The notes below the pieces were generated by a model. That model was not told the DNA's origin, made no database searches, and saw only the letters and a program-made list of their open reading frames with translations. DNA of 64,000 nucleotides, from positions 128,001 to 192,000 of the forward strand of contig CBDANC010000015.1 in NCBI GenBank assembly GCA_965197425.1, given 5' to 3'. The position numbers and the translations under genes are program-made. This document shows positions 38,874-49,390 of the stretch, piece after piece. This DNA comes from Bdellovibrionales bacterium (lineage in GTDB: Bacteria; Bdellovibrionota; Bdellovibrionia; Bdellovibrionales; JAUICD01). Each line of letters starts with the position of its first letter. Position 1 is the first letter of the stretch.

Positions 38874-38985
38874 ATCAGTGTCGTGTTAGAGAGCTGGGCA
38901 ACCACGAGGCAAAAAATGCTCTGGCTTCACTTGCACTGCGTGCTTTTGTTTTGCTATTTCATTTTTTACCTCTTAGGAAGACCTT
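38874..38985 (+). repeat. Type-A hairpin repeat element between cusB and cusA
   Basis: GAGCTGGGCAACCACGAGGCAAAAAATG...CATTTTTTACCTCTTAGGAAGACCTT, ending 1 nt before ATG 38987. Confidence 0.82.
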
Positions 38986-38986
38986 T

Positions 38987-41900
38987 ATGATTCAAAAGTT
39001 AATAGAGTTTTCGGTAAAAAACAGAATATTAGTTGTAATAGCTTTTTTGTTTATTGCACTAATATCTGTTTTTAGTTTTAGAAGAGCCTCGATAGATATA
39101 ATTCCTGATATAGGTGATAATCAGCAGATTATTTTTACTGAATGGCCGGGAAGATCTCCTAAAGATGTTGAAGAGCAGATTACCTACCCTTTGAGTGCAT
39201 CTATTCAGGGAATTCCTGGAGTTGAAGATATAAGAGGAATGTCTGCTTTTGGTTTTTCTGTTCTCTATGTAATTTTTAAGGATGACATAGATTTTTATTG
39301 GAGTAGAAGCAGAATTTTAGAAAAGCTATCTTTTGTGTCAGGGCTACCTGATGGTGTTAATCCTAAACTTGGGCCAGACTCTACTGGATTAGGTCAAGTT
39401 TATTGGTATGTTTTAGAAAACAAGGAAGACTCTTCGAAGCCAAAATCTCTTGAAGAATTGCGTAGCATTCAAGATTTTTATGTTCGGTATCTATTACAAA
39501 GTGTTGATGGAGTTAGTGAGGTTTCTAGTATTGGAGGTTTTGTTAAGGAGTATCAGATAGATGTAGATCCTAATAATCTATTTGCATACGATGTTCACTT
39601 TAGTGATCTAGTAAAAGCAATTCAAAATAGCAATATAGATGTTGGTGCTGAGGTTATAGAAGAAGGAGATAGGGAGTTTGTAGTAAGGGGTAAAGGTGTA
39701 TTTGAATCTATAGAAGATATTGAGAATGTTGTAGTTGCTGTTAAAAACAATTCACCGGTATTAGTAAAAAATTTAGCTAGAGTTGGAGTAGGCCCTGCTT
39801 TTAGAAGAGGTGCATTGGACAAAAATGGTGTTGAGTCTGTTGGTGGCGTGGTTACCATGCGATTTGGTGAAAATCCAGCAGAGGTTATTAAAGGAGTAAA
39901 GGAAAGAATCAAGGTTGTAGAGGACGGTTTACCTGATGGGGTTAGGCTTACGCCTTTTTATGATAGAACAGAGGTCATTCATAGTGCCTTGTCTACTGTC
40001 TATAAGGCTTTAACTTACGAAATTCTCATAACTATTTTAGTCATATCACTATTTTTAATTCATTTTAAGTCGGCTATTTTGGTTTCATTAACCCTGCCTT
40101 TTGGTGTGGGTATAAGTTTCATTTTAATGAACATGTTTAATGTAGACTCTAACATAATGAGTTTATCTGGCTTGGTCATTGCCATTGGTTCTATGGTGGA
40201 TATGGGAATTATAATGACAGAAAATATCTATCGTGGCTTAGCAAAAAGTAAGGAGGATCAGAATAAAGTTGAGGTAATTATAAGATCTGCTTGTGAAGTA
40301 GGGCCTGCTATGTTGACAGCTGTTTCTACAACTATTGTTACCTTTTTGCCTGTATTTTTTCTCGAAAAAAGTGAAGGGAAACTTTTTGAACCGCTTGCGA
40401 TGGCAAAGACTGTTGCAATGTTTGGTTCTATTGTAGTGGCTATAATTTTAATTCCAGCATTGTCCGTATTTATGTTTAAGTCCAGGCCCAAACTTGAAAC
40501 TAATGAAGTTAGTAACATAATTGTAAGGTGTTATAGGCCAGCGTTGAATTGGGTGTTGGACAACTATTTAAAATTTATGGCTATCCCTTTTGGAATCTTA
40601 GTTTTAGGTTTTGTGGCTTATATTAATATAGGTAAAGAGTTTATGCCTTCAATTAATGAAGGTGATATTTTGTATATGCCGGTTACCACATATGATGTGA
40701 GTATGACAAAAGCCAGGGAGCTTTTGGCCTATACTGATCAAAAATTAAAAGAACATCCATTGGTTGAAGATGCTATAGGGAAGTTGGGTAGGGCTGAGAC
40801 TGCGCTTGATCCAGCTCCTATAGCAATGTTTGAAACTTTAGTTAAGTTAAAGCCTAAGAGTGAATGGCCCTTAGGTAAGTCTATTAATGATATAAAAGAT
40901 GAATTAGATCGAAGTATGCAAATACCAGGACTTGTTAATGCTTGGCTTTTTCCTATTGAAACCAGGATAGCGATGATTTCTACCGGTATAAAAACACAGG
41001 TTGGGGTAAAAATTTTTGGTGATGACATTAAAACATTAGAGAGTTTGTCTTCTAAAATTGCTAACGAGTTAAAAAAGGTAAAAGGAGCTCATGGTGTATA
41101 TGCGGAGGTTGGTGTAGATAAACCTTATATAGAGTTTGACATTGATAGGGTTGCAGCAAGTAGGTATGGAATTAACACTGGTACTATCAATCAAATTATT
41201 CAAACTGCGGTTGGTGGTATGAGTATAGGAGAATTTTTTGATGGTAGGAAGAGATATCCTATTAGGGTTAGGTATAAAAAGGAGTTAAGGGATAGAATTG
41301 ATGAGTTAAAGAAGGTTTTGGTTCCAAGTCCTCTTGGTCAGCATATTCCTCTTAGACAGCTAACTAGTGTAAATGTGGTGATGGGTCCTGCCAGGATTAT
41401 GTCGGAAAATGGAATGTTGCGATCGATGGTTTTGCTTAATGTAAGGAATAGAGATTTAGTTGGTTTTGTAGAGGATGCCAAAAAACACATTCAGAAGATG
41501 GATATTCCAAAAGGTTATTCTATTGTGTGGGCAGGGCAGTATGAGGATCAGGTTCGTTCTAGTAACAGGCTCATGATTTTGATTCCTATTGTGTTATTGA
41601 TCAATTTACTGCTGCTTAATTTGGGGCTTAAGGGTTTTAGGGATGCTGGTATTGTTTTTAGTGCGGTCCCATTTGCTTTTGCGGGTGGTTTGATTTTGTT
41701 ATGGCTTTGGGGATTTAATACATCTGTTGCGGTTTGGGTTGGTTTTATAGCTTTATTTGGTATTGCTGTTGATGATGGTGTTATCATGATGACTTATCTT
41801 AAAAGGGCTATTAGAGAAAGGAAGCCTGCTAACTGGTCTGAGTTAAAAAATTGTGTTTTAGAAGCTGGGAGTAGGAGAATAAGACCGCTTGTTATGACGA

Positions 41901-42091
41901 CTGTTACAACTATTATGGCGTTGTTACCTGTTATGTGGTCTACTGGAACTGGTAGTGAGGTTATAAAGCCTATGGCCATTCCAACATTGGGTGGTATGGT
42001 GGTTGCTACGATAACTTTATTTATTGTACCTGTGGTTTATTCACAGGTTGAGTTTCATAAGTTAAAGGCTAGCCGTGACCACTCATCATAA
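38987..42091 (+). CDS. cusA: CusA/SilA-type Cu(I)/Ag(I) RND efflux permease
   Basis: WPGRSP.DVEEQITYPL, LGPDSTGLG, NIMSLSG, EFMP, DPAPIAMFET, RIAMISTG (Met triad), RIRPLVMT. Confidence 0.93.
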   Translation: MIQKLIEFSVKNRILVVIAFLFIALISVFSFRRASIDIIPDIGDNQQIIFTEWPGRSPKDVEEQITYPLSASIQGIPGVEDIRGMSAFGFSVLYVIFKDDIDFYWSRSRILEKLSFVSGLPDGVNPKLGPDSTGLGQVYWYVLENKEDSSKPKSLEELRSIQDFYVRYLLQSVDGVSEVSSIGGFVKEYQIDVDPNNLFAYDVHFSDLVKAIQNSNIDVGAEVIEEGDREFVVRGKGVFESIEDIENVVVAVKNNSPVLVKNLARVGVGPAFRRGALDKNGVESVGGVVTMRFGENPAEVIKGVKERIKVVEDGLPDGVRLTPFYDRTEVIHSALSTVYKALTYEILITILVISLFLIHFKSAILVSLTLPFGVGISFILMNMFNVDSNIMSLSGLVIAIGSMVDMGIIMTENIYRGLAKSKEDQNKVEVIIRSACEVGPAMLTAVSTTIVTFLPVFFLEKSEGKLFEPLAMAKTVAMFGSIVVAIILIPALSVFMFKSRPKLETNEVSNIIVRCYRPALNWVLDNYLKFMAIPFGILVLGFVAYINIGKEFMPSINEGDILYMPVTTYDVSMTKARELLAYTDQKLKEHPLVEDAIGKLGRAETALDPAPIAMFETLVKLKPKSEWPLGKSINDIKDELDRSMQIPGLVNAWLFPIETRIAMISTGIKTQVGVKIFGDDIKTLESLSSKIANELKKVKGAHGVYAEVGVDKPYIEFDIDRVAASRYGINTGTINQIIQTAVGGMSIGEFFDGRKRYPIRVRYKKELRDRIDELKKVLVPSPLGQHIPLRQLTSVNVVMGPARIMSENGMLRSMVLLNVRNRDLVGFVEDAKKHIQKMDIPKGYSIVWAGQYEDQVRSSNRLMILIPIVLLINLLLLNLGLKGFRDAGIVFSAVPFAFAGGLILLWLWGFNTSVAVWVGFIALFGIAVDDGVIMMTYLKRAIRERKPANWSELKNCVLEAGSRRIRPLVMTTVTTIMALLPVMWSTGTGSEVIKPMAIPTLGGMVVATITLFIVPVVYSQVEFHKLKASRDHSS

Positions 42092-43070
42092 ATTCGTTAC
42101 CTAGTACTCTTTTTAAATTTTCTGTTTTTATAAAGAAATCTTGTGATAGGTGTACGACATCTTTTACTGTTTTTTGTGCAAAAACTTCTTTTCTAAATTG
42201 TGATGAATCCAGGTATCCTGAAGAAAACCATGTAACAAATTTTTTTAATTGAATTAAAATTAGTCTAGAGGGTAGGTGACATGTCAGTTTTTCATATAAT
42301 TTGTTAAGTAGTATTGTATGGTCTATTGTTTCGTTTTGTTTGTTGTGTAGTAGGTTGTATGACTCCATAAATATTGTTGGTTTTTTTAGTGAGCCTCTTC
42401 CTATCATGATTCCATCGCACTCATAATTTTTAAGATACTGTATTGCTTGATTAGCTGTGGTTATATCTCCGTTTCCTATTATTGGAACTTTGCTATTTTG
42501 TTTTACTAGTTTGATGTAGTCCCAGTTGGCTTTTCCCGAAAATGCTTGTGTTCTGGTTCTGGCGTGTAAGCCTACCCATGCTACGCCTTCGTTATGTGCA
42601 ATGTTACATATTTCTATTGCATTTTTGGATTGTTCATCCCATCCGGATCTAATTTTTATTGTAAGTGGTATTGATATGGATGATTTAACTTTGGCTATTA
42701 GTTTTTTTGTAAGGTTAAGGTCTTTTAGTAGTGCGGAGCCGGAGCCCTTCGAAGTTATTTTTTTAACTGGGCATCCCATGTTTATGTCGATGAAGTCATA
42801 TCCTAGTTGTTCTGATATTTTAGAAGCTTCTGATATTATATTTGGATCGTGACCAAATAGTTGAATTCCAATAGGTGATTGTGTTTTTTCAAAATTAGTA
42901 AGGTTCAGTGTTTTTTTGTCGTTTAGGGCTAGTGCGTGTGCTGATATTAGTTCAGTTATCATAATGTGTGTGTTTAGGTCTTTCATAAATGATCTAAACG
43001 CATTGTCTGTCACACCTGCCATGGGTGCTAGTACGAAGGGATTTTTTTTAAGTTCTGTTACAATATCCAT
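42069..43070 (-). CDS. dusB: tRNA-dihydrouridine synthase B
   Basis: LAPMAGVTD, IQLFG, DINMGCPV, KIRSGWD, HART, GNGDI, MIGRG. Confidence 0.92.
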   Translation of the reverse strand: MDIVTELKKNPFVLAPMAGVTDNAFRSFMKDLNTHIMITELISAHALALNDKKTLNLTNFEKTQSPIGIQLFGHDPNIISEASKISEQLGYDFIDINMGCPVKKITSKGSGSALLKDLNLTKKLIAKVKSSISIPLTIKIRSGWDEQSKNAIEICNIAHNEGVAWVGLHARTRTQAFSGKANWDYIKLVKQNSKVPIIGNGDITTANQAIQYLKNYECDGIMIGRGSLKKPTIFMESYNLLHNKQNETIDHTILLNKLYEKLTCHLPSRLILIQLKKFVTWFSSGYLDSSQFRKEVFAQKTVKDVVHLSQDFFIKTENLKRVLGNEFMMSGHG

Positions 43071-43122
43071 GTGCGATCTACTATCTTATGTTTTTTGACA
43101 TTATTTTGTATGTGATATCAAG

Positions 43123-43199
<77 letters not shown>

Positions 43200-43729
43200 A
43201 AAACAAACATTAACTATATGAAAAACAATAACATTTGCAAGTCTCAAAAATAGTCATAAACAGCAACATAGATCCTCAAATACATGACCATAGAATCAAA
43301 AAAAATAGATCTAAATCACAACTAACCATCCTAACATTCGAACCAAAAACACACTCCTAAACTAAAACTTAAACCTCGAGCAAATCTTGGATAAAAGGAA
43401 CTAAAAACAGCTATAACTTCTGTGAAAAACATGAAAATAGCTGTAATTACAGTATGTTATAATAGAACCGAAAGCCTTTAATTTAGAGGGTAAAAAGTAG
43501 TTTTATTGTTAATTGAGTAATAAGAGAATACCAGATAGACAGAACAAATAAGGGTGTGTTCAAACACATGATAATGCTTAGCATCAAAAATTGTGCATTA
43601 TGCGTTTACATTTTCTAACTTTTGTTCATACCATACAGGCTTAGCTAGGGGACTGTTATTGCTGTTGTATTTTATCTAGTGTTGTGTTTATAGTGTCCTT
43701 GCGAAAGAATTGGTAAAGGAGGAGTATTT

Positions 43730-45148
43730 ATGGAGCGATTAAAATTTATTTTCACTACGTTCTCTGTGGTGTTTTTGTTTGCTTTGGTTTCCAATGCACA
43801 AAACGATTCGGCAAATACTGGTGCACAGCCAGAAGCGCCGGCACAAGAGGCACCTGCTGGTGATACGAAGGCCGAGGAAGATCAAAAGATGGATCAAGGC
43901 AAAATGGACCATAGTAAGATGGATCATGGTAAGGATTGCAATTGTAAGGAATGCCGCCGTGGTAAGAAGTCTGCTTGGAAGTGGAAGACTAACACAGATG
44001 TGCGTGTTAACCAGCATTTCAGTGGTAATGACGATGTAACTGCGCTGAACACTTTTTTTGTTAGAGGTATGTTATCTGGTAAGGCAAATGTAGACGATAC
44101 ATTTTACAGTAAAATTAGCTTGTATGGACTATCCGGTTCTTCATCTGGCGAAGACTCTGTGAACCTGTATCAAGCTTGGGTAAAGTGGGCTCCTGATGAA
44201 ATGTTTAGAGTAAAGGCTGGTTTGCTTGATACTTCGTTTTTTGGATACACTGACTTATATAAAGAACGCCCTGACACATTAAAAGGTGCGACGCTTAAGT
44301 TGAAAACTGACTATGCACATATATCCGCATTATATGCCAGATGGCGTGACTCTACTTACTATTCAACGACTGATGAAACTGGACAACCTGTTGGTGGAGA
44401 CACTGATACTCAGCTTGATTATTATGGTTTGAATGTCAAAGTTGCACAACTGCCAGAGTTTGTTAGCAAGATTAAACTGTCGTACTATCTGCAAGCTGGT
44501 GTTGGTGATGAAGATGCTAGGAGTACACTTTCAATAGAGGGTACTGATACAGACCCTGTTAGTCTTGCTGATCGTGCCAGACAAATTCATATGTTTGGAG
44601 GATTGGTTAAAGCTGGCTTAGAAGGATTTAATATAAAAGGAAAATTCTTTTGGCAACAAGGTGAGGACGATCATCAGGCTAATGTAGTTCATGCTAAAGC
44701 TAGCTACACAGCGGCTGAAGCGTTGAATGCTACAGTTTGGGGTGGTTACCACAGGGATTCTCAAGACTTCCAGCCATTCTTCTATAATCAACACAAACTT
44801 GCTGGTTATGGTGACATCTTGGCGTTGGGTAACCTGACTTACTTTGACTTTGGTTTGAAAGTTACTCCTACGGACGGACTTCATGTGGGCGCTGGATACC
44901 ACATCTTTATGAAAACAGATGTAGATTCAGATACCAATTTCTACAACCGACCACATAGCTGGGAGGGAAATGAAGTAGACAGTGGAACTGATGGAAATAT
45001 TGGGCATGAGCTAGATATTTGGGCTAAGAAGAAGTTCAAAAATGGTTTAAGTGCTAAGCTTAGATACGTTAACTTTCAACCTAAAGAAGCACTTACGGTT
45101 GAAGATAGCGACAACAGAGTTGAGTTGAGATTAGTATCTCGATTTTAA
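43730..45148 (+). CDS. Outer-membrane beta-barrel (alginate-export/porin-like) with a Met/His/Cys N-terminal extension
   Basis: AAGGAGGAG SD, signal peptide, KMDQGKMDHSKMDHGKDCNCKEC, LYQAWV, GHELDIW, C-terminal Phe. Confidence 0.72.
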   Translation: MERLKFIFTTFSVVFLFALVSNAQNDSANTGAQPEAPAQEAPAGDTKAEEDQKMDQGKMDHSKMDHGKDCNCKECRRGKKSAWKWKTNTDVRVNQHFSGNDDVTALNTFFVRGMLSGKANVDDTFYSKISLYGLSGSSSGEDSVNLYQAWVKWAPDEMFRVKAGLLDTSFFGYTDLYKERPDTLKGATLKLKTDYAHISALYARWRDSTYYSTTDETGQPVGGDTDTQLDYYGLNVKVAQLPEFVSKIKLSYYLQAGVGDEDARSTLSIEGTDTDPVSLADRARQIHMFGGLVKAGLEGFNIKGKFFWQQGEDDHQANVVHAKASYTAAEALNATVWGGYHRDSQDFQPFFYNQHKLAGYGDILALGNLTYFDFGLKVTPTDGLHVGAGYHIFMKTDVDSDTNFYNRPHSWEGNEVDSGTDGNIGHELDIWAKKKFKNGLSAKLRYVNFQPKEALTVEDSDNRVELRLVSRF

Positions 45149-45170
45149 CTAAGTAAGACCTTACAAAAGT

Positions 45171-45205
45171 AAATAGCCAGGGGTATAATATCCCTGGCTA
45201 TTTTT
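45171..45205 (+). terminator. Intrinsic terminator of the porin-like gene
   Basis: AAATAGCCAGGG-(9 nt)-CCCTGGCTATTT then TT; 12-bp perfect stem 22 nt after the stop. Confidence 0.85.
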
Positions 45206-45790
45206 ATGCACAGATTTTCTAAAACAGTGATTGCTATTTTTGGTTTAACTATTGGATTAGGTTTTATTTTACTATCAAATCCTCCACATACACCATGTGC
45301 ATCTCAATTAGAACAACTAAAATCTAAATACACACCAGCCTTTATACTAGACACATCTTCTAGATACCAAAAGACAACGGGGTTCAGAAGAGCGTTTTTA
45401 TATTGCAAAGAAGCTAACAGCCCTGGTGGATGTTTTACTCTGTTTCATTCAGTAGAACGCTTGCTTTCAGAATTAACAGCAGTACAAGCTAATTGTTTTG
45501 AACATGTGTCTGGCATTTCAGAATTTAGAGATCCAATGTGGAGTACTGCAACACTTTTGGCAGAGTCAGCTTGGAAGAATCGATCCAACCGTGAGCCATA
45601 TGCATGGCTAGATAGATCACACTTATCTTTGTTTTGTAAAATCAAAAACCATCTTATCAGATTAAATGGACAAACTAGATGGGACAATTTTAGAGAAGAA
45701 ATTCTAAAAACATTGCCTGGCACTGAAAACGTTCAAAGAGCAGAGATTTGGAGAAAGTCAATTTTTGCAATTAATTGTCAGAGAATATAG
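45206..45790 (+). CDS. Hypothetical membrane-anchored Cys-containing protein
   Basis: N-terminal TM, NPPHTPC, six Cys; 194-aa ORF filling the gap between neighbours. Confidence 0.7.
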   Translation: MHRFSKTVIAIFGLTIGLGFILLSNPPHTPCASQLEQLKSKYTPAFILDTSSRYQKTTGFRRAFLYCKEANSPGGCFTLFHSVERLLSELTAVQANCFEHVSGISEFRDPMWSTATLLAESAWKNRSNREPYAWLDRSHLSLFCKIKNHLIRLNGQTRWDNFREEILKTLPGTENVQRAEIWRKSIFAINCQRI

Positions 45791-47161
45791 TTACTTTTTA
45801 TTATTTAAAATTTTGTTGCTAAGTAAGTTTTTTAGATCTTGTAGGTTATTTGAATTATTTGATTCAAATGTGCTTGGTTCAACTACAGGTGTGGGTCCTT
45901 CTGTTATAACTCCTGAAAGAGGGATTCTAGGTTGCATAGCAAGTGCAGCCCATGAGTTGAGTCTGCCAGCAGTTTTGGTTTTTCCTAAAAGGCCTTTTGA
46001 TTGATAACCTTGGGCAGTAGATAGAATCCTGTCTTTCACTTGAAGATAGTCAAAGTTGTTGTGTAAAGAAAAAAGCAATGCTGCAACTCCAGTCACAAAC
46101 GCAGTAGCTTGCGATGTCCCTGTCATAACTCCATAACGATTATTAGGTAAAGTAGATCTAATTTTTGATCCAGGTGCTGCAAGGTGTACTGTTTTTACTC
46201 CCCAATTACTAGATGCTAACACATCAGTATTTGTGTTTATTGCGGTTACTGAAATGATATTGTCCAACTCATAGTTTGCAGGATAGTAATTATCCCTGTC
46301 AGAATTAGATTTTTCGTTACCGGCAGCAGCTATAAATAAAGTTCCTTTGTTTTTTGCATGTTTTATAGCTTCATATTCTTGTTTTGAGAACTCTGTTCCT
46401 CCACCAGAATAGTTTATTATCTGTGCTCCCATCTTAGTGGCATATCTTATCGATTTAATAGTATTTAATAAATTGTTATTATTTTTGGATTTTGGATCAT
46501 AGTACTTTAAAGTCATTATCTTAACTTTTGGAACAACACCGCTTAAACCCACACCATTTCCACCTTCAGCACCAAGTATTCCAGATACATGGGTACCGTG
46601 ACCGTGGTTATCTGTTAGATCATTATTTCCACCAACAAAGTTCCAACCATGAACATCATCAATAAATCCATTACCATCATCATCTATTTTGTTTCTAGAT
46701 CTATCCCTTCCTTTTGAATCTAGTCCACTCTCACCTTTATTAACCCACAGGTTGTTTGTTATATCTTCATGGAGTATGTCTATACCAGTATCTATAACAG
46801 CCACTATCACATCAGAGACCTGTTTCTTTTTTTTGGCTTCCCACCAAATATTCCATGCTCTGGATGCATGTACATGAGAGTTTGAGTGTCTTCCTGTCAG
46901 ACCCCAACTTTTGATTATCTCAGGATCATTTAACTTGTTTTTAACTGATTCATCATTTAAAAGAATGGACTTTTCAATTTTAGTTTTTTTTCTGATATTG
47001 TAAGCGTTACTTAAACTGGTTTGTCTAATAACGCCCTCATTCCTGTTTGCCGAAGGCTCTAAAAAATAAAAGAAAGTTACTGCTATAGATAGCAATACTA
47101 TTATAAACGGTTTGATCTTTTTGGTGGATTTCTTCTTCTTTGCCATAAACTTACAACCCAC
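45791..47161 (-). CDS. S8 subtilisin-family serine protease
   Basis: VAVIDTG, HGHGTHVSG, AAGN, TGTSQATA catalytic motifs; NGFIDDVHGWNF insert. Confidence 0.95.
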   Translation of the reverse strand: MGCKFMAKKKKSTKKIKPFIIVLLSIAVTFFYFLEPSANRNEGVIRQTSLSNAYNIRKKTKIEKSILLNDESVKNKLNDPEIIKSWGLTGRHSNSHVHASRAWNIWWEAKKKKQVSDVIVAVIDTGIDILHEDITNNLWVNKGESGLDSKGRDRSRNKIDDDGNGFIDDVHGWNFVGGNNDLTDNHGHGTHVSGILGAEGGNGVGLSGVVPKVKIMTLKYYDPKSKNNNNLLNTIKSIRYATKMGAQIINYSGGGTEFSKQEYEAIKHAKNKGTLFIAAAGNEKSNSDRDNYYPANYELDNIISVTAINTNTDVLASSNWGVKTVHLAAPGSKIRSTLPNNRYGVMTGTSQATAFVTGVAALLFSLHNNFDYLQVKDRILSTAQGYQSKGLLGKTKTAGRLNSWAALAMQPRIPLSGVITEGPTPVVEPSTFESNNSNNLQDLKNLLSNKILNNKK

Positions 47162-47371
47162 CCAAAAGTTCGGTTTTTTTATAAAAAAAGATTAGCTTAT
47201 TTTAAGAGCATCAAATAATAGCTTGTTGGTCAGCTGGTGTGGTTTAAGGTGACACATGCGCAAAGCCCTGCCAAAAAGGCCTTGCGAATTAGATTAGTAT
47301 AACTTTATCCTAGAGTAACAGCGGCACTAGTTAAAAGTGGGTGGCGATAAGAGGTTAGTTAAAGGTGGGCA

Positions 47372-48331
47372 ATGCTTCGTTTTATTGTATTTATGGTTGT
47401 ATGTTTGTTATCTAACTCTGCCAATGCTGCCAGATCAGCAGAGGTGATCACAGATGGTGCCATGGTGTATGAAAAGGCAGACTTTGATTCCACCGTGGTT
47501 GGATATTTGCAAAGAGGCCAAAAAGTTAGAGTATCGAATAGACCAAAAGGGGCTTTTTATAGAGTTCAGTTTTCACAAGGTGTTATAGGATATATCTCGG
47601 ATGTAGATGTGAAAGTCGCGGGTGGAAAAAGCTCAGGGCAAGCGAGTGAAGATGACAATAAATCACGTAAACGCAAAAAAGATAGGAATAAAAAGAAGGA
47701 TCCTGAGCCTAATGAAACAAACAAAGAAGATAATCCTTGGGATGAAGATAGTGCCAAAAGCCCATCTTTCAGTTTTGGTCCTATTGTGTCCTATTTATTT
47801 TCGTACAGTGAAAAACGAGATGATAACCTCGCTGTAGACGATATGAACTTCTTAACCTACGGTCTAAATGTAGGTATACCAATGTTTAGTGGTATATCAT
47901 TGGATATATCAGCACATCTTACTCACTATACATCAAAGTTTGATAAATTTTATGATCAAAGAGGCTATGGGTTAGCATCTGGGAGTGAAAAATTACTTTC
48001 ATTCCCAGCCATGTTTTTGGATCTTGTTTTTACCAGAGTCATTTTTTATGTGTCTCCTAGTTTCGATGTCTCTGCTGGAGTAGGAATAAACTTTCCAATG
48101 CAACGATTGAAAATCACAAGGGAGGTATTCGATGATGAAGGGGATAGCACAACATCGTCTAGTCGTAGAAATTCATCTGATATACCATTAACTAGCGTAA
48201 ACTTAGGTGGAGTTGCGTTCTTAAGCCTAAACTATCATATAAAAAATATTAACTTATTTATAAGGCCTACCTATCGTCACGAGCAGACGATTTACTTTTC
48301 TTTATCTTGTGGGTTAACTTTCTCACTGTAG
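47372..48331 (+). CDS. Secreted protein with an N-terminal SH3-like domain and probable C-terminal beta-barrel
   Basis: Signal peptide; VYEKADFDSTVVGYL..G.KV...FYRV...GYIS SH3b pattern; charged linker; amphipathic strands. Confidence 0.7.
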   Translation: MLRFIVFMVVCLLSNSANAARSAEVITDGAMVYEKADFDSTVVGYLQRGQKVRVSNRPKGAFYRVQFSQGVIGYISDVDVKVAGGKSSGQASEDDNKSRKRKKDRNKKKDPEPNETNKEDNPWDEDSAKSPSFSFGPIVSYLFSYSEKRDDNLAVDDMNFLTYGLNVGIPMFSGISLDISAHLTHYTSKFDKFYDQRGYGLASGSEKLLSFPAMFLDLVFTRVIFYVSPSFDVSAGVGINFPMQRLKITREVFDDEGDSTTSSSRRNSSDIPLTSVNLGGVAFLSLNYHIKNINLFIRPTYRHEQTIYFSLSCGLTFSL

Positions 48332-49010
48332 GTTTGGTTATCTCCCTTATTCCACCTTTTTTAAGACCTCTTAGCATAAGGGTACCGATTGATATTCTTT
48401 GAATTTTCAAAACATCAAAGCCAATTTTTTCGAACATTCGTTTTATCTGTCTATTTTTTCCCTCTGATATTGTGATCCTTACCCAGTCATTGCCTCCTCT
48501 TTTTCGTTCCAGCTTAGTTGCTTCTTTAGATTTTACCTTGCCTCCTATTATACTAATTCCAGTTTTTAATTTGTTGAGCTGAGCTTGAGTAATTGTGCCC
48601 TTTAATTTTACAAGGTAAGTTTTATCTACACCCCATCTAGGGTGAGCCAGCTTGTTTGCAAACTCACCATCATTGGTCAAAATCATAATTCCTTCAGCAT
48701 CCCAATCAAGCCTACCAACAGGAAATAACCCTTTACCCAAAGTTTTAAAATAATCAAAAACTGTAGGTCTGCCCTTGGGATCAGACATAGTGCTCAAGAC
48801 ATTTTTAGGTTTATTAAAAACATAGTAAGCATAATTTTTTTGAGCTATAGGCTTACCACCTACCTTCACCTTATCTTCACCTGGATTTATTATATGGCCA
48901 AGAGTACTTACAAGCCTCCCATTTACATGTACTTTATTTGACTTTATTAGATCGTCAGCTTTCCTCCTGCTACATACACCGCATAGAGAAATATACCTGT
49001 TTAATCTCAT
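48267..49010 (-). CDS. rluB: RluB/RsuA-family rRNA pseudouridine synthase
   Basis: MRLNRYIS..GVCSRRKAD S4 domain, NKP, PVGRLD, EGKNRQI; start set at ATG 49010 behind GAGGAGG. Confidence 0.85.
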   Translation of the reverse strand: MRLNRYISLCGVCSRRKADDLIKSNKVHVNGRLVSTLGHIINPGEDKVKVGGKPIAQKNYAYYVFNKPKNVLSTMSDPKGRPTVFDYFKTLGKGLFPVGRLDWDAEGIMILTNDGEFANKLAHPRWGVDKTYLVKLKGTITQAQLNKLKTGISIIGGKVKSKEATKLERKRGGNDWVRITISEGKNRQIKRMFEKIGFDVLKIQRISIGTLMLRGLKKGGIREITKPTVRKLTHKIKKSKSSARDDR

Positions 49011-49072
49011 TTTTATATTACCAACCTCCTCGTTCTGATGACCTTTAGACACTTTTGTCGTATTACACCTTG

Positions 49073-49289
49073 CAAAGCTGGGCAACTCTAATACTGAAAG
49101 TACCTTGGCTACGCTTGGACTTTGTCCTGCGTTTCGCCTAGGCAACTTTCAGTTTTAGCGAAGACCTTTATGTAACGGGATTAGCATCGTGTCCAAAGCT
49201 GGGCAACTCTAATACTGAAAGTACCTTGGCTACGCTTGGACTTTGTCCTGCGTTTCGCCTAGGCAACTTTCAGTTTTAGCGAAGACCTT
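49073..49289 (+). repeat. Two identical 96-bp type-A elements (long core) separated by 25 bp
   Basis: 49073-49168 and 49194-49289 both read CAAAGCTGGGCAACTCTAATACTGAAAG...CTTTCAGTTTTAGCGAAGACCTT. Confidence 0.95.
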
Positions 49290-49390
49290 GATAGAACTTA
49301 TTACATGACTTATAGCATCAAGACTTAGTATTTTTACCAAATTTAATAACACAATGGTAGGTTTTAGCACTAGTTTAGTTTTAATAATTA

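Noticed and set aside
49011..49145. N-terminal extension of the pseudouridine synthase in the ORF track
   Set aside because: It runs through a repeat element; family similarity starts at MRLNRY (49010), which has its own SD.
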